Part shown: piece by piece, positions 1 through 26,376 of the stretch | Numbering within the stretch: the first letter of the stretch is position 1 | Layout of the letters: each line of letters begins with the position of its first letter | Assembly: GCF_009914755.1 (NCBI RefSeq) | Contig: NC_060931.1 | DNA length: 64,000 nucleotides | Origin: the human T2T-CHM13v2.0 reference genome, Homo sapiens | Direction: 5' to 3' (one strand) | Made by a program: the position numbers and the translations under genes | Notes under the pieces: model-generated | The model's input: only the letters and a program-made list of their open reading frames with translations | Told to the model about the DNA's origin: nothing | The model's database searches: none

Positions 1-378
1 AGCTGAGGAGTGGATAAAGAAAATGTGGTTTGTATACACCATGGAATACTACTCAGCCATAAAAAAGAATGAGAGTGTCTTTTGCTGCAACTTGGATGGA
101 ACTGGAGACCATTATTCTAAGTGAAGTAACTCAGGAATGGAAAACCAAATACTGTTATGTTCTCACTTATAAGTGGGAGCTAAGCTGTGGGTATGCAAAT
201 ACATTCAAAGTGGTATAAAGGATGCTGGAGACTCAGAAAGGGGGAGAGTGGGAGGCAGGGTACAGTGTACACTACTCGGGTGACAGGGGCACTAAAATTT
301 CATACTTCACCGCTATACAATTCATCCATGTAACCAAAAACCACTTGTACCCCTAAAGCTATTAAAATTGAAAAAAAA
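1..378 (+). mobile_element. L1PB-type LINE-1 3' end with A-rich tail
   Basis: ggataaagaaaatgtgg...tactactcagccataaaaaagaatga...gtaactcaggaatggaaaaccaaa...ccatgtaaccaaaaaccacttgtacccc. Confidence 0.85.
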
Positions 379-844
379 TTTTAAAGTAATCAGGACTAGA
401 TATAGCTACAAGAATGTTCTTCATTGTATTGTTTATAATAACAAAACGTTAGCATCAACATAAATATCTCAACAATAGAGAATTGTTGAACAGAACTATG
501 GTATATTATTACTAGAGAATGCTATGTGGTTATATACATTGTGTAAAAGTTAAATTATAAGGAAGGTTATTCATACTGTTTACAAAGGACTAGGTAAAGT
601 TTCATCCAAAGTTTTGTTAAAATTTATTCCAGGAACACAAGAAAACTTTTGAGGGTGGTGGATATATTTACTGTCTTAATAGTAGCCACAGTCTTAATGG
701 GTACATACCTATGTGAAAACTATTTAAGTCATTCCCTCTAAATATGTGCAGCTTATTATTGTCACTTAACACATCGAAGCTGTAAAAGAAAATTTTCTGT
801 TAAAATGTAACAAACTTAAGCTAAAATTCAGTTTATTCCTTTAA

Positions 845-1207
845 GAAAGAACCAACAGGATGTATATTTACATATGTGTAGAGAGATTTATATTAAGGAA
901 TTAGGTCACACAATTGTAGGGGCTGGCAAGTCTGAAATTTGTAGGGGTGGCCAGCAGTCTTGAGTCTGAAGGTAATCTGGAATCAGAATTTTTTCCTTTT
1001 TGGTGGACCTCATTCTTTTCTTTCAAGGCCTCAACTGCTTGGATGAAGCCCACCCACATTGTGAGGGTTCATCTTTTCTCCCCAAAGTCTTCTGATTTAA
1101 ACGTTAATCGTATGTAAGAAATACCTTCATAGCAACATGTAGGCTGGTTTTGACCAAGCAACTGGGCACTATAGCCTAGCCAAGTTGGCACATGAAATTA
1201 ACCTTCA
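845..1207 (-). mobile_element. MLT2-family (ERVL) solo LTR
   Basis: gatttat...aaggaattaggtcacacaattgtagggctggcaagtctgaaat...gcccacccacatt...ccaagttggcacatgaaattaacc. Confidence 0.75.
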
Positions 1208-1541
1208 AACTGTAACAAGTTGATTTTGGCAGAATGACAAAATACCTAACTGAGAGACTTTTAAACCGTATGGGAATCTGTTAGCTTACATGAGAAGAGA
1301 CCCAGAGATAAGGGCAGGGTTTAGGGTTGGTTGATTTAGTGGCATAAAGATGTTATCAGAAACTCAGTGTATGCCATAATGCATGATGCTTCATTCTCAC
1401 GCTCAAGAATTTGGATAACAGGAACTGAATGATTTTTGCACTTTCATGAAGTTTTTTTGTTATTTGTCTCTGGCTTTAAATGTGTTTTCTGAAAGTGAAT
1501 TGGAATTTTACAATATGTTCTAGATTTAATATAAATAATAA

Positions 1542-1994
<453 letters not shown>

Positions 1995-2292
1995 TAAGAA
2001 AGGCTAAACTGGCATGCTACTCCTAAAATGTTAACAGTGATTGCATTTGTCTTAGAATGTTATTGAGGTTACACATACTTCTTGCAACATTTCCAACTCT
2101 TATAACAGACACTACATTAAATGATGGCAGTTCAATGGAATATTCATAATTAAGCTAAATAAAAGTTGCTTAAACATAAATATGCTTTTAATGGTAATAT
2201 TATAGCTATAGGTGAAATGCTTTGTAGGTAAAATTTTTAAAAAGCAAGGTAGCTTTTAAGGAATAGATTGCTTTAAATATATTAAAAAGTAG

Positions 2293-3068
<776 letters not shown>

Positions 3069-4547
3069 TTAGAAACTTAACAAATCTAAAAAAGTAGTGT
3101 TTTATTTAATTAAAATATATATGTATAATGCTTACTGTGGGCTAGACACTGCTTTAAGCTAATTAGAAATATTCAGTTAATCATCATAACAAATCTATGA
3201 AGGATAGAGAAGGAAATGAGGTACAGGGGTATAGGAAAAGTTAGAATTTTTGTCATGCACTAAATATGTGAAAAATAGCAACTAAAATTTTTCTTTTCAA
3301 GCAGATAGTTATTTCTGTTGGTTTGATTTTAACAGGATGTAGAGAATCTCATTATTTATCAAGGTATATTTATGGGAAAATGTGTTTGGAACTCAGATTT
3401 TGAGGCAAGATGCACACCTGTTCCCACTCCCAGTTGTAGTGTCATTAAATGGATTTTTACTCTTTATATTCCTACCACCTTTCACGTTGAGGGCGAGTAT
3501 TTACTTAGGCAGCTCACTATCACTAGTGGCCTTAAGGCCTGAAATTTGGAATGGAAAAGAGCCAGGAGGTCTTAAGTTTTCAGCATTCGAAGGTTTGAGG
3601 ACCAGAGTTTTCTTAGGGCCTCTTTTTGGTGTAAACACCTCTGGGTTTGAGATATATATTTGGTTTCATGTCAGCACAGTGACCAGATCTTTCTCTTTTG
3701 CCATTTCAGGGATTGATCTAGTTTTTCTTTTCATTGCTACTGCCCCCATCAGCCACAAACTTCTTGTAATGTGCATGTATCAATTTTTAGGTTTCCTACC
3801 ACTGATACTAACGAGAAATGGAATAGTATAGGTTCCTTCTCTTCCAATACTCATACTACACCTTCTACCTTCAGGCATAGTTTTTTCATATGTCTTCTAC
3901 AGGTCATGGCTTTGGGGTAAATAGAAATGTTGAAATAAGATCCCTGAATACTTTTAAAAGAAATATTGTAACAAATATTTGTTGAGCACCAATTATATAC
4001 CAAACATTGTTCTAGGTGTTTGGAATAGACAAGGTAGACCCTATGTTGTGTCATAATGGCTGAGGATTGGGGCTGGGGTGGGGTTAGGGGAATAGAGGAA
4101 GTATCTTTTTTTTTTTTTTTCCTCTCTGTCCCAATTGAACCAGGGTCAAAGCAGAGTAGAGGAATGTCCTGATCTACCTCCATCGATACTGTATGACTTG
4201 GGACTCTAATGTTAGGTTAATTTGCTTACTCCTGTTAAAACTAGAATTGTTTTCTAGCAATTACAGATTAAAGGTAGATCCATAGGAAGAAAGTTTTTTT
4301 TCTTTTCGTCTTCTTTTTTTTTTTTTTGCAGTTAGGCAGAAATGGTTTTGAATTTCATATGAATGTCCTGAAAACTTTGCAAATAGTCTGATTCTTTTAC
4401 TTGTTTTCTCAAGTAAAGATCAATGCAATTGTTGCAGCCCTTAGTTTTACAGTCAGAACTGTTAAATCTTGTTTCTGAAATTATCTTCCTTAGTTATTTC
4501 TGTTGTTGAATTTGAGAAAGCAGAGTTCTAGTACAACTTATACTTAA

Positions 4548-4818
4548 CTTTTTTTTTTTTTTTTTGAGACAGAGTCTTACTCTGTTGACCAGGCTGCAGT
4601 GCAGTGACGCTATCTCGGCTTACCACAACCTCTGCCTCCCAGGTTCAAGAGATTCTCATGTCTCAGTCTCCTGAGTAACTGGGACTACAGGTGTATGCCA
4701 TCATGCCCAGCTAATTTTTGTGTTTCTGGTAGAGGAGATGAACTCCTGGCCTCAAGTGATTTGCCCACCTTGTCCTCCCAAAGTGTTGCGATTATAGGCA
4801 TGAGCCACCGTGCCCTGC
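4548..4818 (-). mobile_element. Alu with internal deletion
   Basis: Reverse-complement Alu lacking part of the left arm. Confidence 0.88.
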
Positions 4819-4876
4819 AAACTTCTGATTATACATTTTCATAAGGTATTCGTGGTTGAAATAGGTGATTTTCTGA

Positions 4877-5240
<364 letters not shown>

Positions 5241-6093
5241 TGGATTGATCTCTTAATACTAAAACTGCTGGAGAAGAATCATTACAGCCATCTAGGTTAT
5301 TTTCTTCTCAGATTTATGGTCAACAAAGATAGGATTTCAGGGCTACCAAAGTATCCTTTTATTTGTCCTTAGTCAGCTCTGTCTTCCATTCTGCAAAGCA
5401 AAGATTCTTGTTCAACTTCTATTTCTTTTCTCTTAAATAGAAGATATTGCTTCATTTTCTGCAGGGAAAGTAACACCAGCCAAGAACTCACTCTCAGCTT
5501 TTAACTTTCCATGTATTTACCTCACTCTGTACCCGTTTTACTCATTTATCTCAGAGGAAGTAATATTTCTCTTTCCTACTTGAAGCAGATTCCCTCAAGT
5601 TCCTAGGTACTTTGACGTGTGTGTGTTACCTCTTCTGTATTTTCAACTGCTTCCCTCTCCACTCACTCCTTACCTTCAGCGCTAACCCTACCCACATATT
5701 TCCTGTATTAAAACAAAAAAACCCTTCTCTAATTTGAGTCTGCTTTATGGATCATTACTCTGTACACTACTTCTTTTTGTTGTCAGACTTTGTGAAAGAG
5801 TAATCAGTAGATGCCAGTTGTACTGCCTCGCTTTGTCATTCACCCATTGGTCTGAATTTTCTCGCCACTTTATAAAGATAAGGACAGTAGTAATTTCTTG
5901 CTAAAAGTAATAACAATTTCTCAGGTTTTCTTAGTTGACTTGGCCAGCGTTTATTATGTTGACTTGCTCTTAAAAATTCTACCTTTTCTGAAAGAGTTCT
6001 ATTCAGGTTGGCTTTCTCTCTCTCTGGCTGTTGCTTCATAGTCTTTCTTAGTGGTGTCTACTTGGTGGTGGTCTTCTTCCAAGATATCTGTAG

Positions 6094-6412
<319 letters not shown>

Positions 6413-7396
6413 TGTAGCTCTGTGGTTTTTTAATCATCATATCTCTGTGCCATTACCTTATGAAAACATTCCCAGATCTTAGCTTCAGATAGCTACAGCT
6501 ATTCACTAGGTATCTCAATGTTCATATTTCACAAAGGTATCTCAAACTCATGCTCCTGATCCCTATCAGCCTGCTTGCTCTTAGTCCTGCTTTAAATCTC
6601 AGCTTAAGTATCTCTTCCTGATAGCTGAATCAGGTTTTATCTTTTGGGATACCACTGCATTTTTAAGCCTATCAAAGCATTATAATACTACAGTTACTTT
6701 ACTTACATATTTATCTGCAGTGGTATTAATAAATTTCCAGCCTCCTGATGTGAACAAGTCTTACTTGTCTTTGTACTTGTAATCAATAAACTTCTGTTGT
6801 TTTGTTGAATAGTCTCACAAAGAAAAAATTCCAAAATAATTGGTAGAGTTTATATAAAATTATAATTTAAAAATTATTTAAATTATATTTGTAAATGTAA
6901 ACTTGTAGTTTTTTGATCCACTTTCACCATTGCTATTCCTTGTATCTACTTTCAACCTTTGCCAACTTACTAGTCTTAACAGGTAGGATCTATATTAATT
7001 CAGATAATTTCTAGAATTGGTAATTAAAAGTTGATTGGGCATTTACAGCCTTTTTCTTGAGATGGGATTTTCTTCCATTAGGAATAATCTTATTGAAGAA
7101 TTTTAAAACACATTTTTATAAATAGTGCTACCTTGCTTTCCATAATGTTTTGGTCATGTGTGAAATTTTATTTTGGAATTAGTAATAAGTGAAAACTTTG
7201 GTTTCATCTAAACCAATGTGCCATTGAATTTATTGTTTTATTGGTATTGTTTCCCCCTTCTTGCCTTATATGAACACTTAGAGAAGAAAATTAAGAAAAT
7301 CAAATGCTTTATTCTCTCTTAGTTTTAATACCAGTTCTGCTAACAGGTATTTTTCTATGTGAAGCAATTTTTTTTGTTGCCAAAGTAAGCCAAGGT

Positions 7397-7651
7397 TTAG
7401 ATTCTAACTGTGTGAAGTAGTGGATAAGGACACTCAGGGTTAGTTCTTGGTTCTATCTGGCTGTCTTTCCTTGCACCCCTGACCCCTTTTGCTCTGATTC
7501 TTTCTAACCCATGGTTAGCAGTCTCAAAAGCACTAGTGGCATCTCTTTTAAGTACTAAACATGTGGGGAGAGTATTTCAGTAGAATTGGTTATGGCCACT
7601 ATATCTTTTCTAGAGAACAAAAGTACCTCACCGTTGAAATTAAAAGAGAAA
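7397..7651 (+). repeat. Copy 1 of a dispersed ~255-bp direct duplication
   Basis: About 92% identical to 11407-11668 by manual alignment. Confidence 0.95.
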
Positions 7652-7677
7652 TAAATTCTGTGTAAGTATACCATTTA

Positions 7678-7980
7678 GGCCAGATGCAGTGGCACATGCC
7701 TGTAATCCCAGCACTTTGGGAGGCCAAGGCAGGAGGATCTCTTGAGCTCAGGAGTTTGAGACCTGCCTGGACAACATAGCTAGACCCTATCTCTAAAACA
7801 ATAAAATACATTAGCTGAGCATGGTGGCACATGCCTGTAGTCCCAGCTACTTGGGGGGCTGAGGTAGGAGGATCCCTTGCTTGAGCCCAGGAGGTCAAGG
7901 CTTTAGTGAGCTGCGATTGCAGCACTGCACTCCAGCCTGGACAACAGAATGAGACCCTGCCTCAGAAATAAATAAATAAC
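7678..7980 (+). mobile_element. AluJ-like
   Basis: Diverged Alu dimer. Confidence 0.9.
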
Positions 7981-8512
7981 AATCTACCATTTAAAAATAA
8001 TCTGAATATGTTTTTCTTACTCTTTCCTTAAATAACCTCATAAATAACCATAAAATTTATTCACTTTGTCTACAAGGTACTTAAAGCAGTTTTTGTTCTG
8101 GTTTTTCCTTGAAATAGCCAAAACATGCTGTTGGAAAGGCAGATGGTAGATTAAGCAGATTTCATAGACCTTTGCGGTGATTGTCATTCATTTCCTTTCC
8201 AGCCTTCATTTTAAAATGAAAATACTAGGAGAAAATTGGGAAATAATCCGAATAATAAAATACTGTGGTGTAGTTAAAGTTGTAGTCTGGAACTGTTTGC
8301 TTCAAGATATTTCATTAGCTTTTTTGAACAACAAACAATTTCAAGTTATATATAGACTTAGCTGGTTTCTCTTCAAGCTATTAGCTGGTTAGGGAGATGA
8401 TTCGCACCTTTCTGATAAATAATGATAACCGTGTATGTAAATTTTAAATGTTCTAAAAACCCCATTTAAACTAAAAAGACAAGCGAAATTATTTTAATAT
8501 TATCTTTTATTA

Positions 8513-8820
8513 GGCTGAGTGCAGTGGCTCATGCTTGTAATCCCAGCATTTTGGGAGCCCGAGGCGGGTGGATCGCTGGAGGTCAGGAGTTCGAGACCAG
8601 CCTGGCCACCATGGTGAAACCCCGTCTCTACTAAAAATACAGAACATTTGCTGGACGTGGTGGCGTGTGCCTGTAATCCCAGTTACTCAGGAGGCTGAGG
8701 CAGGAGAGTCTCGAGCCCAGCAGGCGAAGGTTACAGTAAGCTGAGATTGTGCCACTGCACTCCAGCCTAGATGACAGAGTGAGACTCTGTCTCACACAAA
8801 CACACAAACAAACAAAAAAA
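8513..8820 (+). mobile_element. AluS
   Basis: Alu dimer. Confidence 0.92.
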
Positions 8821-8824
8821 CTTT

Positions 8825-8970
8825 TATTTAACCCCAGATATAAAAATTATTTAGCTACTTTAGATTTTTTGGTACTAAATCTTCACAATCCACTTTGTAT
8901 TGTACACTCACAGCATATTTTATCTCAGCTGGGTCTAACCACATTTCAACTGTGCAATAGCCACATGTTA
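8825..8970. mobile_element. MER33/MER3-like hAT-Charlie fragment
   Basis: tactaaatcttcacaatcc...acactcacagcat...ccacatttcaactgtgcaatagccacatgt. Confidence 0.6.
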
Positions 8971-9039
8971 AGACTAAAGCCTTCCGAATGGACAACTTAG
9001 TTCTAAACAGCTTGGTATTTGCCCTACTTTGGGAGAGAT

Positions 9040-9510
9040 ATGGTATTTGACATGTTTTGGGGCCACCCACCACTGGTTTACCTTACTTTCTATAACACCC
9101 TTGGGCTTTTTTTTTTTTTTTTTTTTTTTGAGGATTCACCTTTTTTCTGTTCTCAGTCTGTGTAGCTGTGAAGCCTGCTCTGTTTCTACGGGTACATGAC
9201 TCAGATTGGGCAGTTGGAGCCTTACAGTTCTCTTACGAGGTTGAGACTTAACGCTGAGATTTCCTATACAGAGTGAGGTCCTCTTACCTGTGCAGTGTGA
9301 GTGTGAGGGTAATCATCTTGAGACAGGATAGGTTCTGAGAATAGAGCAAGCACTGAGAAATGGAGAGAAGGAACGTAGGCCCTTGCCATAGGATTTTGAT
9401 AGCTCTGTTTTTTCCATAATTACAGTAGAAGCTCAGAAGATTGAGAAATTAACCTTGTTTTTTTTTTTTTTTAAATTAGTGTACATTGGGTTTTCTGTCA
9501 CTTGCAAGAG
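9040..9510 (+). mobile_element. Probable old ERVL LTR (LTR16/LTR33-like)
   Basis: 3' end ...ttgggttttctgtcacttgcaa typical of these LTRs; heavily diverged. Confidence 0.4.
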
Positions 9511-9669
9511 TGACATTCCAAGTAAATAAGTATGGATTAGGGAGGTTCAGTATGGTGTTAGAATGCCCCAGCAGCTGAAGGTCGTTCTCTTGTTGATCAG
9601 AGTGGGGGTTTTCACCAGGTAGAAGTCAGATCCTTTGTGATTCCCAGGATCTCAGATGCTTGAATTGAC

Positions 9670-9968
9670 TTTTTTTTTTTTTTTTTTTGAGATGGAGTCT
9701 CACTCTGTCGCCAGGCTGGAGTGCAGTGGCCTGATCTAGGCTCACTACAAGCTCCGCCTCCCAGGTTCACGTCATTCTGCTGCCTCAGCCTCCTGAGTAG
9801 CTGGGACGACAGGCACCTGCCACCATGCTTGGCTAATTTTTTGTATTTTTAGTAGAGACGAGGTTTCACCATGTTGGCCAGGATGGTCTTAATCTCTTGA
9901 CCTCATGATCTGCCCGCCTTGGCCTCCCAAAGTGCTGGGATTACAGGTGTGAGCCACCACGCCCAGCC
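9670..9968 (-). mobile_element. AluSc/Y-like, TSD tga(a/g)ttgactttt
   Basis: Alu dimer with TSD. Confidence 0.9.
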
Positions 9969-10435
9969 TGAGTTGACTTTTTACCAGGGTTTTTACAGAC
10001 CTGTTGGTGGGCAGATACTTAACTATCTACTCAATGAAAAGGATCAGAAATGCAAATAACACAATTATTTATTCCCCTGATGGTGGTCTCACTGAGTCTT
10101 ATTTGCTTTGCCTGTGAGTTTAGAACTTATTGTTTCCAACTTTTATTGAATTTTAAATCTCTTGTCTTTTAGGGACTTTTTAACTATAAATTCCTTAATA
10201 TTTTTCTTTTCAAAATAAAGTTCCTCTGTAAGAAGTATAAATGAGTTTACTATGACCACAGTAATGCAAATATATATAAATATATATAATAATGCAAATA
10301 TACATAAAGAGAAAATTAATTTCCCATTTTCTTTTGCCACTTTTTGCCAAATCCAGTGTTAACAGCTTAGTATATATCATTGATACTATATTACAAAAAA
10401 AGGAAAACAGAAATGGAAAAATATATTAGATATAT

Positions 10436-10595
10436 GGTTGACCCTTGAACATCATGGGTTTGAGCTGCATGGGTTCACTTATATGCAGATTTTTAAAATA
10501 AATATATTGGAAAATTTTTTTTTTTGGAGATTTGCAACAATTTGAGAAAACTCAGATGAACCATGTAGCCTAGAATTTTAAAAAATTAAGAAAAA
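10436..10595. mobile_element. Tigger2-like DNA transposon terminal fragment
   Basis: gttgacccttgaacatcatgggtttgagctgcatgggttcacttata resembles the Tigger2 terminus. Confidence 0.7.
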
Positions 10596-11402
<807 letters not shown>

Positions 11403-11406
11403 TAGA

Positions 11407-11668
11407 TTAGATTCTTACTGTCTGAAGTAGTGGATAAGGACACTCAGGGTCATTTCTTGATTCTATCTGGCTGTCTTTCATTGCATCCCCTACCCCTTTT
11501 GCTCTGATTCTTTCTAACCCATGTTTAGCGGTCTCAAAAGCACTAGTAGCATCTCTTTTAAGTACTAACCATGTGGGGAGAGTATTTCAGTAGTAGTAGT
11601 TATAGCCACTATACACTATATCTTTTCTAGAGAACAGAAGTACCTCACCATTGAAATTAGAAGAGAAA
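11407..11668 (+). repeat. Copy 2 of the dispersed duplication (extra 7-bp cactata)
   Basis: Aligns to 7397-7651. Confidence 0.95.
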
Positions 11669-11670
11669 AT

Positions 11671-11710
11671 TATATATATATATATGTGTGTGTGTGTATA
11701 TGTGTGTGTG

Positions 11711-11742
<32 letters not shown>
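11671..11742. repeat. Compound (TA)n(TG)n(TA)n(GA)n microsatellite
   Basis: Direct read. Confidence 0.95.
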
Positions 11743-11824
11743 AAGTCATTCAGTCAGTCTGGCATGCAAAGACAGAGAATCTGAGAGTGACACAAAAATA
11801 AACAATAGTTTTTCTGCTTTAAAA

Positions 11825-15890
<4,066 letters not shown>

Positions 15891-16762
15891 CTGCAGGGCT
15901 AATTTTTTTTCTATATTTTACTTTTCTTATTAAAGATTATAACATATCTCTAGCTGCATAATATACTACAATATGGATATACTAGATTTATTCAACCTTT
16001 GTTTATTGATGGACATTCAAGTTTTCTCAGCTTTTTTACATTATAAATAGTACTGCTAAAAATATTCCTGTACATGTATATTTGCATACTAGTGCTGTTA
16101 TTTCTTTACATTTACTCTTAAAAGTGGGATAGCTAAGTCAAAGGATATTTGTGTTTTTAATAATACATATTGTCTGATTACTTTGCCCAAACATAGCAGT
16201 GTATGAGTTTCCTTTCTTTGGCTATTACTGGATGTTGTCAGTCTGGTAGAAGAGAATGGTATCTCATCATTGCTTTGATTAGTACTTTCTTGAAAACTGG
16301 TGAGGTATGGAGCATCTTACATATGTTTATTAACATTATAATTTCCTCTCTGGATTCTTTATTTGTGGACATTGACATTTACTTTCAGTTGGGTTATTTG
16401 CTGTTCCCCTTATTCATCTGTTAGGCACAATTGATAATATTTCTTAAAATTATACTTCTAGAAAAATTTAGAAAATTGCAGCATAAGAGAAAGTAAAAAT
16501 CACTTATCTGTTCACACAGATAAACTCTTAGAGTTTTGATACTAATATTTTTCTAAGGATATGTATATATATCAGCTTTCCTACCATAATGAAATTTTAT
16601 GTGGCATGTTATAGTTCCACAACTACATTACATATGATTTTATTAATTTTTAAATACAATATCGGAAAAATATGAAGCAATATAAAAATGTTTTTAAAAA
16701 TGCAGGTCATGACCTACTCAATTGATTGCATGACCCACAGTTTGAAAAACATCGCCTTAAAC

Positions 16763-17314
16763 CAGGGTTTCCCAGCCCCCAGGCCATGGACAGGTACTGG
16801 TCTGTGGCTGGTTAGGAACTGGGCCGCACAGTAGGAGGTGAGTGGAAGGTGAGCGAGTGAAGCTTCATCTGTATTTGCAGTGGCTCCCCATAGCTCCCAT
16901 AACTGCCTGAGCTCTTCCTGCTGTCAGATCAGTGACAGCATTAGATTCTCATAGGAGCACAAACCCTATTGTGAACTGCACATGCAAGGGATCTAGGTTG
17001 TGTACTCCTTATGAGAATCTAATGTCTGATGATCTGTCACTGTCTCCCATCATCCCCAGATGGGACCATCTAGTTGCAGGAAAACCAGCTCAGGGCCCCC
17101 ACTGATTGTACATTATGGTGAGTTGTATAACTATTTCATTATATGTTACAGTGTAATAACAATAGAAATAAAGTGTACAAGAAATGTAATGTACTTGAAT
17201 CATCCCAAAACCATCCCTCCACCCACCCGTCCCCCCATCCCCCCATCCCCAGTCCATGGAAAAATTGTCTTCCATGAAACTGGTCCCTGATGCCAAGAAG
17301 GTTGGGAATCGCTG
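16763..17314 (+). mobile_element. Full-length MER1A (hAT-Charlie) with 8-bp TSD c(c/t)ttaaac
   Basis: Termini cagggtttcccagcc...ggttgggaatcgctg; internal gcattagattctcatagg/ttatgagaatctaatg; TSD at 16755-16762 and 17315-17322. Confidence 0.9.
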
Positions 17315-17341
17315 CTTTAAACTACATAAATATATAACCTT

Positions 17342-17648
17342 GGCTTCCACCCGTAATCCAGCACTTTGGGAGGCTAAGGCAGGAGGATAGCTTGAGCCCC
17401 CAGGAGTTTGAGACCAGCCTGGGTGATATAGTAAGACCTCGTCTCTATAAAAAATTACAGAAATTAGCAAAGTGTGGTGGCACACACCTTTAGTCCCAGC
17501 TGCTGGGGTGGCTGAGGCAGGAGGAGGAGCACTTGAGCCTAGGAAGTGGTGGCAAGATTGTACCACTGCACTCCAGCCTGGGCAACAGAGTGAGACCCTG
17601 TCTCAAAATAAATAAATAAATTACACACACACACACACACACACACAT
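17342..17648 (+). mobile_element. AluJ-like followed by (CA)n
   Basis: Diverged Alu; CA repeat at 17623-17648. Confidence 0.88.
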
Positions 17649-17752
17649 ATAAAACCTTGATAAAAAGTGAAAACCAGTTTTAAAATATAGGAACATGAAA
17701 TTTATCTCTTAATTCAATTTAATAATTTCAAAGCCTTCTAAAATTTTATTTA

Positions 17753-18037
<285 letters not shown>

Positions 18038-18664
18038 TTACATTAAAATATAAAAATAAAAGTAGAGGAAATAGTATAATGAACCCCAGTGTCCCCATCT
18101 TTCACTTTTATAGTTAACACATTTTGCTAAATTTACTTATCCCTGTCAACTTAAAAAAAAAAACAAAAAACTCCTGGATTATTTTTAAGTGAATCTCAGG
18201 CTCATTGTATTATAAAAGTTAGTCTTTGATTATGGAGAGACAATAGATAATGAAATTGTAGTTACATTTAAAAAGAAAAGAGACCTTATAGTTAACAAAA
18301 TCAGCCATAATTTTATGTCATCTAATGATATACATTCACGTTTACCCAGTTGTCTCAAAAATGTTTTTTATAGCTGCTTTGTTTGAACCTGGATACAAAC
18401 AAGATGGCATGTTATTCATATTAATTAATATTTTAAGTCTCATAATTTATAGTAGCTCTTCTTGCCTTTTAAACATTTTATTCCATTTATTTATTGGAGA
18501 GTAGACTGCATTTTCAATTTGGCCAAATGCTTCCTTTGGGTGTTAGTTAGCTTGTTCTTCTATCCCTCTTTTTTCCTCTAAATAGTAATTAAATCCAGAA
18601 GTTTATTTAGATACAAATTCAATTCTTTGGCAGTTGTACTTAAAAGATTATGGTAGAAGCTACT

Positions 18665-19110
18665 ATATCTTGAAGTTTCTGTGGGCAGGAATTTGGGAGA
18701 ATCTTGGCTTGGCAGTTTTGGTTTGGGGTCTCTCATAAGATTGCAGTGAGATGTTAGCTAGGGTTGTCGTTAGAAGGCTTGACTGGGGTTAGAGAATCCA
18801 CTTCCAAGATGGCTCCCCTCACATGGCTAGCAAGTTGTTCTCTTGATGGGAGGTCTCACTTATTCTTTACATGGGCCTTCCACAAAGTTGCTTAAATATC
18901 CTGACAGCCTTGGTGGCTGGCTTCTCCCAGGTTGAATGATCTAAAAAAGTAAGGTAGACGCTGCATTGTCTTTATGACCTAGACTTGGAAGTCACATCAT
19001 TCACTCTCCAATATTCTGTTGGTCACACAGACCGTCCTTGAATCACTGTGGCGTGGCATGGATGCCAGATAGTGAGGATCATTTAGGACCATTTTGGAGG
19101 CTTGCTACTG
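18665..19110. mobile_element. MLT1 (MaLR) LTR
   Basis: tctgtgggcaggaatttggg...ccacttccaagatggctc...ttatgacctagacttggaagtcaca...ccattttggagg. Confidence 0.7.
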
Positions 19111-19499
19111 TAGATGATTTCAGTTTCAATTTCAGAGTACAGGATTTATACATCTTTGACCTTATCTTTCTTGTAAACTAAAAGCCCTGGTTCCTAAAAT
19201 ATTAACATAGCTTGCTTTGTTCTACCATATACATGTAATAATTTCAAAGTAACAATGCTGATATTAATTACTAAAAAGACTACTGAATGCAGTTTAAGAT
19301 TTCTTAGTGATTCTTTTTGTCCTTAAAATATACCCCCCAGCTGTATATAGTCAGTATACTCTATTGTAGACAGTTTATGCAACCAATTTGATAAACATAA
19401 ATCCACCTAAATGTGGATATGTTTCCAGTTTTTTAGGGATTGCTTTTTTTCCCTTTTTGATTTAATAATGTATTTTAATTATATAAAACATTTACTTGG

Positions 19500-22260
<2,761 letters not shown>

Positions 22261-22305
22261 AACCTGTTTAACTGTAATAATTTTTTTGTTGTCATTGAGT
22301 GTTTA

Positions 22306-23070
<765 letters not shown>

Positions 23071-23537
23071 CTCTTAATGCTGTCTTTTATCTTTCTGTGT
23101 TACATAATGCCACCAATATAATGTTAAATAACAGCAGAGATAGCGGTATGTGTATATTTGATAACTGACTTCCTTTTACTCAGCATGCTCAGTACATTTC
23201 CACATCAATAATTACATCTCTACAACATTTTTCAAAGTTACATGGAGTGGCATAAGATATACCAGAAGAACTTTTTTGACATATTGTTTTGTTTTTAAGT
23301 GTTTTATTATTACATTGCTTTAGTGATCATGCTTACAGCTAAATCTTTGCAGTCTTGCCACGTGAAAGAGTATGCAATTTAAAAGTGTTATACAGTTGCT
23401 TTGATTTGTATATTTTGTTTAGTAATGAGATTAAATATTTTTCGTGTGTTTTTTGGACATAGGCATTCTTTTGCATATTGACAGTTCATTTGATTTCTTA
23501 TTTTCTGTTGTGGGATTGGTATTTTTTTGTATTGATT

Positions 23538-24526
<989 letters not shown>

Positions 24527-24989
24527 ATCATTTGCCTTTTATCTCTCTTCCATATTGTTTCCTTAGGCAGTACTTCTACATTTTCATTTAATGAATTGAA
24601 ATCTGTTGGCTTTTTATTGCATTTTTCTTTGATGTAACTGTCCACCTCCTTGTGGGATTATACATTTGTCAAAACACTATTTTATCTATTCTTTCTTCAC
24701 TGACTTAAATTGGCTATTTTTATAATTATTAGATATATAACTGGGATTTGTTTTCTGGTGTGTATTATTTCCACTGTTCTGTCAGTCCCTATGGTATGAC
24801 ACAGGTCAGATTAATTTCTAGTAGGGCAAGTGTTTATTTTCAGAAATGTTTTGGCTAGTACTCTGGTTTGTTTTCTTCAAGGATAATTTTAGAATTATTT
24901 TGTCAAGTTAAGTCTCCTCGCTCCTGGTGACAAAAGAGAAAAACCATTGGTCCTTTTATTGAAATTGCTTTAAAATACAGAGTTTTATA

Positions 24990-26376
<1,387 letters not shown>

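Noticed and set aside
3382-3831. 149-aa hydrophobic ORF outside Alus
   Set aside because: GTG start, no recognisable domain, composition expected from T-rich intron, and partly L2-like sequence
3680-3920. Strong-looking acceptor ttctcttttgccatttcag at 3709
   Set aside because: No convincing paired donor at exon distance; such pseudo-acceptors are common in long introns
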